Source: a bacterium
Lineage (GTDB): Bacteria > Zhuqueibacterota > QNDG01 > JAGLOF01
Length of the DNA: 64,000 bases
Direction: 5' to 3'
Assembly (NCBI GenBank): GCA_023139105.1
Contig: JAGLOF010000089.1
Location: 1,807-65,806 of the forward strand
Shown: positions 29,774-38,874 of the stretch, piece after piece
Layout of the letters: each line of letters starts with the position of its first letter
How positions within the stretch are numbered: position 1 is the stretch's first letter
Notes under the pieces: model-generated
Seen by the model: the letters and a program-made list of their open reading frames with translations, nothing else
Told to the model about the DNA's origin: nothing
The model's database searches: none
Translations under genes and position numbers: made by a program

Positions 29774-31084
29774 ATGAAAATATTGAAATCCATCATCATA
29801 CCCCTATTCATTATGGCAACTACACTTATGGGCCAGTCCTTGACGCTGGAAGCATTCCAGAACAAAGTGCTTAATCATTCCAAAATTCTGCAACTGGCTC
29901 AGAAAGATAAAGATATCGCCTCTTATCAAAAACGGGAAGCAGTCTCAACCGCTCTACCCAAAATTATAGGCCAGGCAAACTATACACGCAACCTTACCGA
30001 ATACTATATGTACGCAGATATGTCGGCCCTGACTGGTGGTGAGGGTGGAATAGTTAAATTTAAAGTGAAGCAGGATAATGAATTCTCTGCCAATATTGTA
30101 CTGCAGCAAACACTGTTCAGCCCCAGTGTAGGTAGTGCAATTAAAGCAGCACAACAATTCGCCAATCTTACTGATTTTATATATGAAGCTAATCGCCAGG
30201 TAATCCTGACGGAAGCATCCAAACTATTCTATCAGGGGCTGCTGCTGGAAAAAGTATGGGAAGTGGCCAGGGCAACTGAAATAAATGCCAAAGAAAATTT
30301 TGAACAGGTCAATTTAAAATTTGAACATGGACAGGTTTCTGAGTTCCAATTGGTGCAGTCTGAAATGCGCTGGAAAAATGCTATCCCTGGTACAGCCTTG
30401 GCACAGCGCAATCACGATCTTCTCATCAATACACTCAAGCAATGGGCCGGTTTGTCCACAAATAATCAGCTCAAACTTATAGGTAATCTTGAGAGTACTC
30501 CAGACATCCCCATAATTGTTTCATTTGATGATGCTGCCAAAAAACGACCGGACATTAATGCCCTTACATGGGAAAAAGCCTTACGTGCTACTGATGTTAG
30601 TAATAAAAAAGGTGCGTATCTCCCTACACTGACAGGCTCGCTTATTTATGCTTATACAGCACAGTCTGACAGGTTCAAGCTGGAGCAGGATAATGGCCTG
30701 GCCATGGCTGGTCTATCTCTCACACTTCCTATATATTTGGGTGGATATCGAAAAACACAGATAGACAAAGCAAAAGTTGAAATGGCCAAAACGCAAATAC
30801 GAATTGATCAGGCCAGGGAAAGCCTGTATAATGAACTCGCCAACGTTAAACTCCGTCTGAAGGAAGCACATCAACGTATTGCCTCAGCCGACGCCACATT
30901 GAAAACAGCAAATAAAGCATTCAATATTGCACAGGTAACCACAAAAAATGGCCTATCTACACAATTAGAACTAAAAGATGCCCGTATGGGTTTTGACCAG
31001 GCACAACTTGGCTACTATGTGGCAGTATATGATTATATGGCCGCCTACTTTGATTGGCAAAAAGCAACCGGACATGTTGAATAA
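29774..31084 (+). CDS. TolC-like outer-membrane efflux protein
   Basis: Signal peptide MKILKSIIIPLFIMATTLMG after an AGGAG SD. Two OEP repeats. The track start at 29729 is a less likely upstream Met. Confidence 0.85.
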   Translation: MKILKSIIIPLFIMATTLMGQSLTLEAFQNKVLNHSKILQLAQKDKDIASYQKREAVSTALPKIIGQANYTRNLTEYYMYADMSALTGGEGGIVKFKVKQDNEFSANIVLQQTLFSPSVGSAIKAAQQFANLTDFIYEANRQVILTEASKLFYQGLLLEKVWEVARATEINAKENFEQVNLKFEHGQVSEFQLVQSEMRWKNAIPGTALAQRNHDLLINTLKQWAGLSTNNQLKLIGNLESTPDIPIIVSFDDAAKKRPDINALTWEKALRATDVSNKKGAYLPTLTGSLIYAYTAQSDRFKLEQDNGLAMAGLSLTLPIYLGGYRKTQIDKAKVEMAKTQIRIDQARESLYNELANVKLRLKEAHQRIASADATLKTANKAFNIAQVTTKNGLSTQLELKDARMGFDQAQLGYYVAVYDYMAAYFDWQKATGHVE

Positions 31085-31528
31085 AATTAACCCGTTACCA
31101 AGATTCTGCTCTGTGGGCAATTCTTTTCAAGCTCTTCTGGCAACTATGTGGAATTATAAATCCGCAGATAACGCAGATGAATACAGCATGTTGGCGTTAG
31201 GTTACTAATCCATAAAATACCCGGAAGCGTCAAAAAAAGAGCAAGACAGGATCACAGAATTAACAGGATGATTATGTGTATCATGTTCACTCAGTGCAGA
31301 GTTCTTAAAATCCTGTAGATCCTGTCAAAAAAAGAATTCTTGCGGATGATGTGCTGTACATCCTTTCCTCCCATGTCGAAGTAAAAACTCCTTCGAAATT
31401 CTACATTCGGTGTTCTGCTGTTGGATATTCGTCTATTAAATTTCAATAACAGTTACCTCGAAGAACCCCATATCTATCGGGCAGGGCGGGAGCGTATCAG
31501 TGAACAAGGCTCTGACAGAAACAAACTA

Positions 31529-32662
31529 CTATTCAGGGATGACATCTTCAAGCAAGTGTGGATAGTGCAACTGTAGGAATAACCTTGTATCTTTTAAAAA
31601 TTTTTGATTAGCCTCTAACTGAAATTTTGGAAGTTCAGTACTACTCATAGACTCCAAGGTGACTTTCAGACATTGGCCCAATTGCTTTTGAGCATTTTCA
31701 ATATACGTGTTCTCAGAATATTGACGAATATATTCATGAAAAATTAAAAAACCCAGCCTGTGAGTTGGAGCATATTGCTTCCATTCATTAATCAACCTTG
31801 CAGACAACAACATATTTACATGACTATTTATCCTTAAAACCGGCCATCGTTCTTCTTGATTAACAAATTCAGAAATATATTCAAGAAGTTTTTCAAGATA
31901 CATATCTCTATCTATCAGGTCAACATTTGCTAATTTCTGTCTCATCTCACGAATATGTCTTACACATTCTTCAAGAACATGATAATCACTTATTAACCTA
32001 TAAACTATATCATAATTAATCCAAATCTCAACCGGTTTATCACCCTGCTTTGCAGGTTTAAACTGCATATTATAAGCAAATACGTGCGCCGCCTTATCAA
32101 GATCATCATTGCCGGAAGAGTGTACTAATTCCACAGAATTCACCTTCCCCAGTCGGCCAATTAACAAATTTACATTTGCGGTACCTTCCTGATGTTTATT
32201 TTTTAGATGATCAGGGTATTGAGGGGCATCCGAACTTAATAATTCAGGAGGAACAAGAGTTATTGGTTTAAAGGGCTCTGGTGTTTTTTCAATAGTTTTA
32301 ATATTTCGTTCCGGAGGTTCGGCTATTTTATAAAGTACAATTGCATCCGGAGGAAATGTTTTTGTAGCCAGATTAGTTCTAAGTAACAGGCGTCGCATAA
32401 CCTGCTGTAAAGGTTCTGCCGTGGCCGGCAACATCATCTCTATGTCATCGATCAACGAATCATCAAAAATAAAAAAAATCCCTGCCTGTTCCTCTACATC
32501 TTTGAGAATAGTTCTGAAGGGTAAGTTTTTACGAGGCAGTGTTATCAAGATATTCCAGTTAATCTGATCATCCTGAATATAAGATTCAGCCGAAATAATA
32601 GATGAGCAAAATAAGAAAAAAAGACCAACGATCAGCCATGCATTTTGGTTGGTTCGTTTCAT
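31529..32662 (-). CDS. Membrane-anchored periplasmic protein with STN (secretin/TonB N-terminal signalling) domain + TonB_C-like domain + unknown C-terminal domain
   Basis: N-terminal TM/signal segment. STN-like segment NWNILITLPRKNLPFRTILKDVEEQAGIFFIFDD...TFPPDAIVLY. TonB_C-like segment PQYPDHLKNKHQEGTANVNLLIGRLGKVNSVELVHSSGNDDLDKAAHVFAYNMQFKP. Confidence 0.65.
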   Translation of the reverse strand: MKRTNQNAWLIVGLFFLFCSSIISAESYIQDDQINWNILITLPRKNLPFRTILKDVEEQAGIFFIFDDSLIDDIEMMLPATAEPLQQVMRRLLLRTNLATKTFPPDAIVLYKIAEPPERNIKTIEKTPEPFKPITLVPPELLSSDAPQYPDHLKNKHQEGTANVNLLIGRLGKVNSVELVHSSGNDDLDKAAHVFAYNMQFKPAKQGDKPVEIWINYDIVYRLISDYHVLEECVRHIREMRQKLANVDLIDRDMYLEKLLEYISEFVNQEERWPVLRINSHVNMLLSARLINEWKQYAPTHRLGFLIFHEYIRQYSENTYIENAQKQLGQCLKVTLESMSSTELPKFQLEANQKFLKDTRLFLQLHYPHLLEDVIPE

Positions 32663-33663
32663 TGCGTAATTATATAAGTATCACCTTCCTTATGAAAATT
32701 CGCATCTAATGTCAAACAAATTGAAGAAAGTACAACCTCAATAGGTGCGTCATGAAAGGCACCGGTTATTGTAGATGTTTCAATTTTTTGTCCTTGCCAC
32801 TCAATCTTCACATCAAAATATCGTTCCAACTGCATTATAACATCAGCCACCGGTGTTCTTTCAAAATGGACACGTCCCTCCAGCCAGCCAGTAACAACAT
32901 CCATATCAATCAATTCAGGTAGAGAAGGTCTGGCGTTTAACAATACTTCACTCATCTGACCGTCACTCAGTATCACATCATCATTTTCATGTGCTGATTC
33001 TACGCGAACTCTTCCCTCTTCAACCATTACGCGTGTTTTATTCTGTCGTGATTGTACAATAAACCGTGTACCCAAAACAGTTGTTTTTGCATGCTCTGTA
33101 ATAACAATAAATGGACGTTCTTCACTTTTAATTTCGAAAAAGCCTTCTCCATTCAGATGAACTTCTCTGGTTTGCGCTGTAAAATTTTTTGGATAACGAA
33201 GTACACTTCCACTATTCAAGGTAACCAGGGAACCATCTGCAAGATTAATTTGGGTTCTTTGACGATTTTGTGTAACTACTGTTAAAAACTCGGTCTCTGT
33301 TGGTTTTTCAGTTAAACTAAACCATGTAATTAATGTGGTGGCGGCAACAACGGCGATTCCAAGAACCGGTCTAAAATGTACATTAATCCATTTGGAAAAA
33401 ATTTTACTAAATGACGTATCACTATGAACATCTTTATCGGAAAACCCCAAACGATGTTCGAGAATACACCATGAGTCTTCAGCTTTAGTTTCAGGAATAA
33501 AAGGTAGAGGTTCAGTGTCATGCCAAATGGTCTGCATCTCATCATATATATGTCTAAAATCTTCTGATGTACAGAGGAAGTGATCAAACCTACGGCGCTG
33601 CCGTAATGTAAGTTCTCCACCTAAAGCTCTTACACACCAATTTTCTATTTGTTCTACTTTCAC
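32659..33663 (-). CDS. FecR-family anti-sigma factor (cytoplasmic N-domain, one TM, periplasmic FecR domain)
   Basis: TM GIAVVAATTLITWF. FecR motif DGSLVTLNSGSVLRY...HLNGEGFFEI. Start overlaps the upstream gene by 4 bp. Confidence 0.85.
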   Translation of the reverse strand: MKVEQIENWCVRALGGELTLRQRRRFDHFLCTSEDFRHIYDEMQTIWHDTEPLPFIPETKAEDSWCILEHRLGFSDKDVHSDTSFSKIFSKWINVHFRPVLGIAVVAATTLITWFSLTEKPTETEFLTVVTQNRQRTQINLADGSLVTLNSGSVLRYPKNFTAQTREVHLNGEGFFEIKSEERPFIVITEHAKTTVLGTRFIVQSRQNKTRVMVEEGRVRVESAHENDDVILSDGQMSEVLLNARPSLPELIDMDVVTGWLEGRVHFERTPVADVIMQLERYFDVKIEWQGQKIETSTITGAFHDAPIEVVLSSICLTLDANFHKEGDTYIITQ

Positions 33664-33763
33664 TTACACTTTCTCCAAACTCTGGTTATTTCACCAAATC
33701 ATACGCATTATAGTCAAAAACCCCTATGTTTCTGTAAATAATTTAGACTATTCAGGGTTTGCT

Positions 33764-34303
33764 TTAATTTACAAATGAAGCAGCCAACTCTTTTCTTAAT
33801 AATTTAAATGCCTGGGTCATTCTACTTTCTACAGTTTTTATTGAAATCTGGCATATATCTGCTATTTCTTTATATTTCAAACCATCATATCTACTCATTT
33901 TAAAAACAAGACGCACATTTTCAGGAAGGTCATTTATTGCTTCTTTTAAAGTCATCCTATCATCCATTGTAGATTCTGGGGATGAATTGCTAAGTGTTAT
34001 ATATTCTCTGAATATTTTGTCAGAACCTCGCTTACGAAGGTGATCAATTACTAAATTATATGAGACACGATACAAATATGCTTTTATTGATTTTTTAGGA
34101 TCCAAGTCGTGTCTATGCTGCCATAATCTGGTAAATACTTCCTGTACAAAATCTTGTGTATCTTCTCCTGAGTAAAGTCTATGAGCAATATATCTGTATA
34201 TAGCATCAAAATAACGCAAATATAGTGCCTTAAAAGCTCTTTGACTCGATTTACGAATCTCTATGGTCAGCTGTCTATCTGACCATTCTGAGAAATCTTG
34301 CAT
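33764..34303 (-). CDS. ECF (sigma-70 family group 4) RNA polymerase sigma factor
   Basis: Region 2 (FKALYLRYFDAIYRYIAHRL...DTQDFVQEVFTRLW) and region 4 HTH (LKYKEIADICQISIKTVESRM). Confidence 0.9.
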   Translation of the reverse strand: MQDFSEWSDRQLTIEIRKSSQRAFKALYLRYFDAIYRYIAHRLYSGEDTQDFVQEVFTRLWQHRHDLDPKKSIKAYLYRVSYNLVIDHLRKRGSDKIFREYITLSNSSPESTMDDRMTLKEAINDLPENVRLVFKMSRYDGLKYKEIADICQISIKTVESRMTQAFKLLRKELAASFVN

Positions 34304-34387
34304 CTATATTGATCCTATACACTAATAATTATTGTAGTTTAAATATAACATGAAAAAGATAAAAACCCAAAAAAAAACTGGTTTTTT

Positions 34388-34451
34388 CCTAAAAAAATCC
34401 ACAACAACCGCAAGGAAATGTTTTTTTATCTTCCTTGCGAGCATTGTGGAT
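34388..34451 (-). terminator. Rho-independent terminator after the FtsX permease gene (minus strand): 21-nt imperfect stem + 13-nt loop + U7
   Basis: Arms at 34397-34417 and 34431-34451 (8+9 bp paired, 4-nt internal mismatch). The plus-strand A7 at 34390-34396 gives UUUUUUU on the minus transcript. Confidence 0.7.
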
Positions 34452-34510
34452 AATGTAAAAATATTACATTCTGACTAAATCGTTAAATAAAATTAATCAC
34501 TTTTATAAAT

Positions 34511-37141
34511 TTATTCATAATGAAGCGTCTCCACCGGCCTTTTGTTGGCCGCTTTCACAGCCACTTGGATAATTGACACTAATGCTACAGATAATGTAAT
34601 GAATCCGGCAAATAAAAATAAATGATATGGCATGGCAATTCTATACGCAAAGCCATTAAGCCAATTTTGCATTAAATAAAATGATATTGGCCAGGCAATT
34701 ATATTTGCAACAACTACCCATATTAAAATTTCTTTAGTCATTAATGTTAAAATCCTGGCTACTGATGCACCCATAACTTTTCTGATACCAATCTCTTTTG
34801 TGCGCATTTGTGTAGTAAGCATTACAAGGCCGAACAAACCAAGACAAGCCACAGACAGAGCCAGAATAGTAAAACTAATAATAAGCTGCCCCATCTTTAG
34901 TTCCGTACGATAAAGAATATCAAACTGATCATCAAAGAAAAGATAGTCCATGGGTTGTCCAGGAACAACATTGCTCCAATATTCTGAGATCCTGTCAATT
35001 GTACCGACGATTTGCTCTGGTTTCAAACGAATAGACATAAAATTTATATCAGCTGTATTCATTATTGTTGTGACCATTGGGAACATCTCTTCCTGAAGAG
35101 GGCGTAAATGATAGTCTTTGTAGACACCTATTGCAGTCAATGGCGTTTCCGGAGTGCCCGCAAATATCATCTTGCTTCCCAAGGGTTGATCCAAAGCTAA
35201 TAATTCCACAGCAGTCTCATTCAGAATTATCGCTGAAGAATCGGTTAATCTTTTTTGTGTAAATGAACGGCCATCTATTAAAGAAAGTCTGTAGGTATCA
35301 TAAAAATTATAATCAACATCCAGACGGATTACCGTATAATTATGAGGATCATCACTACCAAGTTTTTGCAATATCGTTGCTGAGAGCCCAAGCAGTGGTA
35401 GTCCGTTTGAATAAGTTGCATTGATAACACCATCATCTTTAAGAATTATATTTTTGAACACTTCAGCATGTGAACCTATAGCTGACGCATTTTGAATTAC
35501 CAGTACTTGTTCCTTATCAAATCCCAAAGATTTATTTCTTAAATATTTAATTTGCTGCTGGATTACCAGTGCTGAAATAAGAAGGGAAATTGATGCGGCA
35601 AATTGAAAAACAACTAATCCGTTTCTAAATTTACGCCCTTTCAAGCCTTTATGTAACTTCCCTTGCAAAACAACGATTGGCTGATAAGAAGCCATGACCA
35701 ACGCCGGATAACTGCCTGCTACAATTCCAATCAAGACAACGCCGATAAGTAATCCGGGAATAAAATACCATGTTGTAAGTATATTCAAAGGAATAGGCTG
35801 GCCGATAATATTCTCAAAATGAGGATGAGCCAGGGCAGTGAGCAAAATTGCCAGAATAAAAGCCAGTATACATTGAAGAATCGATTCCATTAAAAATTGT
35901 TTGATAAGCTGACTGCGATAGGAGCCCATTACCTTGCGAATACCAACTTCATTGGCTCGTTTCATAGACTGAGCCGTAGCAAGATTAATAAAATTGATTG
36001 ATGCAACAAGGAGAATAATTAAAGCAATGGCACTCAGTATATAGATGTTGCTCATACTGCCATTGATACCTAAGTCCTGGCCAAGGTCTGAACGTAAATG
36101 AATATCCAGTAGTGGTTGGATAAAGAAACCAAAACGGCTACCTGATTCTAAAAACTCATCATAGGACATACCCATTGCCAATTCAACTATTGCACCTACA
36201 TGTTCTCTCTCAAGATCCGGAATTTTTGCAGCAAAATCCTCTATATTTGCTTCTTTGTGCAACGTAAAATAAGTACAGAGATCATTTGCCAACCAGATAT
36301 TCCGTCTACTTATATTATGAGAAGTTATTGCCGCAAGAAAGTCAAATTGGAAGTGGTTGGTTTCAGGTAATTTTTCAGTGATTCCGGTAACTATGTACTC
36401 TGTCCCATCTTGAAGAGTCAAGATTTCACCCATTGCATCTTTTTCTCCAAAATACTTCTGTGCTGTTTCTGGTGTCAGTACAATTCCAGATGGTAATGTG
36501 AGTGCAGTTTCAGGATCTCCAACGGCCAGTGGAATAGTAAAAACATCAAAGACTGTGGAATCAGCATATAGGAATGCATCTTCTTTGTATTGAACATCAC
36601 CATATTTCACATAAACACCGTTCATAAATAATCTGACAACATGCTCAACTTCCGGAAAAGTATTCTTCAGTGTAAATGCCATTGGAGATGGAGTCCTGGC
36701 ATCTCTTATTGTTTCACCACTCAGACTGGCATCCAGAGCCATTCTGTATATACGTTCCGCTTTCTCATGATGACGGTCATAACGGAGTTCATTAGCAACA
36801 AACATAAAAATCAGGATGCAGCTTGCAAGCCCTACACCAAAACCAACGAGGTTTATCAGTGCAAAATTAGCATGCCTTTTAATATTGCGAATAGCTATTT
36901 TTATAGCACTTTGAATCATCATATACTGCCCCTTCATTTGCATTCCAACATATAGTGTCAACGATTTTATTGTATGAAGCCAATACCATTTTGAAGCTTT
37001 GAAATTGCCTTCTTCCTCAAGAATATCCATAAAAACCGCCTCCATATCTCCCTCAAGATCATATAGACATTGATATAGAAATAATTGACGGAGAATTCTT
37101 ATTGCCAGAGCAGGCGGTCTCTCTCTCTTAGAAACTCTCAT
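34511..37141 (-). CDS. FtsX-family ABC permease (two FtsX/MacB-like modules) with N-terminal 'permease prefix' domain
   Basis: N-terminal prefix (PPALAIRILRQLF...DLEGDMEAVFMDILEEEG...WYWLHTIKS) followed by FtsX-like TM bundles. Start 4 bp after the PadR stop. Confidence 0.85.
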   Translation of the reverse strand: MRVSKRERPPALAIRILRQLFLYQCLYDLEGDMEAVFMDILEEEGNFKASKWYWLHTIKSLTLYVGMQMKGQYMMIQSAIKIAIRNIKRHANFALINLVGFGVGLASCILIFMFVANELRYDRHHEKAERIYRMALDASLSGETIRDARTPSPMAFTLKNTFPEVEHVVRLFMNGVYVKYGDVQYKEDAFLYADSTVFDVFTIPLAVGDPETALTLPSGIVLTPETAQKYFGEKDAMGEILTLQDGTEYIVTGITEKLPETNHFQFDFLAAITSHNISRRNIWLANDLCTYFTLHKEANIEDFAAKIPDLEREHVGAIVELAMGMSYDEFLESGSRFGFFIQPLLDIHLRSDLGQDLGINGSMSNIYILSAIALIILLVASINFINLATAQSMKRANEVGIRKVMGSYRSQLIKQFLMESILQCILAFILAILLTALAHPHFENIIGQPIPLNILTTWYFIPGLLIGVVLIGIVAGSYPALVMASYQPIVVLQGKLHKGLKGRKFRNGLVVFQFAASISLLISALVIQQQIKYLRNKSLGFDKEQVLVIQNASAIGSHAEVFKNIILKDDGVINATYSNGLPLLGLSATILQKLGSDDPHNYTVIRLDVDYNFYDTYRLSLIDGRSFTQKRLTDSSAIILNETAVELLALDQPLGSKMIFAGTPETPLTAIGVYKDYHLRPLQEEMFPMVTTIMNTADINFMSIRLKPEQIVGTIDRISEYWSNVVPGQPMDYLFFDDQFDILYRTELKMGQLIISFTILALSVACLGLFGLVMLTTQMRTKEIGIRKVMGASVARILTLMTKEILIWVVVANIIAWPISFYLMQNWLNGFAYRIAMPYHLFLFAGFITLSVALVSIIQVAVKAANKRPVETLHYE

Positions 37142-37144
37142 ACT

Positions 37145-37471
37145 TTATAATTCTCTGTTAAAAATGCCTCTGGGAAGACCGGCCCATAATTTCTCCTTAA
37201 AATCCTGGGCTTGCTGTAACGCTGTTCTGCCTTCATCAGTTAACTTATAATATATTTTAGGCCTACCTCCACGTCCCGATTCAACAGAACCTTTTTTTGA
37301 AGAGGCGTAGCCTTTTCTGATTAGCTGATCCATATTATTATAAATTGTACCAAAAGCTACATCACGCCCCGTAATTTCATTAAAATGTTTACGTATTGCA
37401 TAACTTGTAGCTTCATCGGTGAGATGCCAAATGGCAAGCAACAGAATCTGCTCAGTCATTGTCAGCTTCAT
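37145..37471 (-). CDS. PadR-family transcriptional regulator
   Basis: Winged-HTH pattern LLLAIWHL...YAIRK...GTIYNNMDQLIRKGYA...GRPKIYYKLTDEG. Confidence 0.9.
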   Translation of the reverse strand: MKLTMTEQILLLAIWHLTDEATSYAIRKHFNEITGRDVAFGTIYNNMDQLIRKGYASSKKGSVESGRGGRPKIYYKLTDEGRTALQQAQDFKEKLWAGLPRGIFNREL

Positions 37472-37493
37472 TGTGCCCTCTATTTTAGTAATT

Positions 37494-37530
37494 CGAGTAA
37501 CTCGTAATTGGTTTAACGAGAAACTCGTAA
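37494..37530. promoter_or_regulatory. Tandem palindromic PadR-promoter sites: CGAGTAACTCGTAA (37494-37507) and CGAGAAACTCGTAA (37517-37530)
   Basis: Two near-identical 14-mers, each an internal CGAG/CTCG inverted repeat. Starts are 23 bp apart, 23-60 bp upstream of the PadR ATG (37469-37471). Confidence 0.5.
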
Positions 37531-37628
37531 AAATGTTTCATAAAAACTGGTTCTATGTCGAATAGTGTGGGTAGATATCCAGAAAATAAGTAAGCCACAG
37601 ATAAACACAGATGAAACACTGAAAAAGA

Positions 37629-37745
37629 ATGAGTTTAATATATGAAGAACTAACGGAGGCCATAATAGACTCTGCAGTTGAAGTCTATAATACACTTGAG
37701 TATGGTTTTTTAGAAAAAGGTTATCAGCGAGCCTTGCAAGGTTGA
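37629..37745 (+). pseudogene. Remnant (38 codons) of a GxxExxY-family protein gene
   Basis: MSLIYEELTEAIIDSAVEVYNTLEYGFLEKGYQRALQG* matches the N-terminus of GxxExxY proteins, then stops after about a third of full length. Confidence 0.55.
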
Positions 37746-37826
37746 GTTGTTCCGCGGCCTATTAATGTTAAGTAAAGTATTTTTGTTTTAAAATTATATT
37801 TTTAGTTGTTCGTCTTGTTCGTTTTG

Positions 37827-38000
37827 TTAGTTGCTAAATTTATTCTTTTCTTTACAAGAATCACATTGATCTTTATTCATCGGTGCCCGCCAACTTTGCT
37901 TCCATCCTTTTTCCGGGAATTTGTTAAGAGGGCATGCTGGATTCCAATGATACACATCATTAGCTTCATTGTAAAAATATGGTGGATAGGGGAGATTCAT
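37827..38000 (-). CDS. Unannotated 57-aa ORF (His/Cys-containing small protein), below the track length cutoff
   Basis: MNLPYPPYFYNEANDVYHWNPACPLNKFPEKGWKQSWRAPMNKDQCDSCKEKNKFSN. AAGGT about 10 nt upstream of the ATG. The overlapping plus-strand ORF 37806..38114 looks like low-complexity junk. Confidence 0.3.
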   Translation of the reverse strand: MNLPYPPYFYNEANDVYHWNPACPLNKFPEKGWKQSWRAPMNKDQCDSCKEKNKFSN

Positions 38001-38207
38001 ATTAGCTTACCTTTTTTAAATCGGCAAAACGCCGGGAGAACGAATCTAAACAAAAATCAGCATACAAGCGTTGCTACAATTCAAATTTATATCATTCTGA
38101 TCTCATCTAATTAATTATAAGAAAAATTATAGATCAATGCAATCAGGACAATCCATTAGATTGGTCAATTATTACCCCTATAAAACAAAAAAATAGTGCT
38201 ATTTAAT

Positions 38208-38873
38208 CTATTGCGGAAGCGGATCTTCCAAATGTATCAACCCTGTGGTGATAGCATAACGTGTAAGCTCAGCAATTGAGTGCATTTTAAGCTTATTCAT
38301 AATATTGCCACGATGTGATTCAACGGTTTTTATACTGATGTTTAATATATTACTTATTATTTTTGTTGATTTTCCTTCTGCTATCAATTGCAAAATTTCA
38401 CGCTCACGCTCTGTGAGTTGTTTAACATTTTTTACTGTCTTTGAAGAACGTTGCTGTGCCAAAAAAGATGTAACAAAGGCTTCTGAAATAGAAGGACTTA
38501 TATAATACTGCCCCTTCATTACAGCATGTATGGCAGAAACCAAATTTTTTAAAGCAGTCTTTTTTATTAAATATCCCATGGCACCATTTTCAAAAGCTCT
38601 GAATATATACTCTTCGGCTTCATGTTGTGTTAACATAATAATATGAACAGAAGGATTGGCCTGTTTAATTCTAAGAGTTGCATCAAGCCCGTTCAGGTTT
38701 TGCATGCCAATATCCATTATTACCAGATCAGGTTCAAGATCATGCACAAGGCCAAGGGCCTCTCTGCCATCTGTTGCCTGCCCTACAACCTCCATACCTT
38801 CTTCTCTGTCCAGCATTTGTGCAAGTCCCTCTCTGAGAATCACGTGATCCTCAGCCAGAAGTATTCTAATCAT
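38208..38873 (-). CDS. NarL/LuxR-family response regulator (REC + LuxR HTH)
   Basis: MIRILLAEDH...DLVIMDIGMQNLNG; C-terminal LTEREREILQLIAEGKSTKIISNILNISIKTVESH. Start placed at Met10 (ATG 38871-38873), which has a GGAGA SD and sits 1 nt after the HK stop. Confidence 0.88.
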   Translation of the reverse strand: MIRILLAEDHVILREGLAQMLDREEGMEVVGQATDGREALGLVHDLEPDLVIMDIGMQNLNGLDATLRIKQANPSVHIIMLTQHEAEEYIFRAFENGAMGYLIKKTALKNLVSAIHAVMKGQYYISPSISEAFVTSFLAQQRSSKTVKNVKQLTEREREILQLIAEGKSTKIISNILNISIKTVESHRGNIMNKLKMHSIAELTRYAITTGLIHLEDPLPQ

Positions 38874-38874
38874 T

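Noticed and set aside
31085-31528. Convergent tolC / STN-protein intergenic region searched for terminators
   Set aside because: Only short 5-6 bp stems (ggatg...catcc, tcgaag...cttcga) without U-runs were found. None is convincing enough to annotate.
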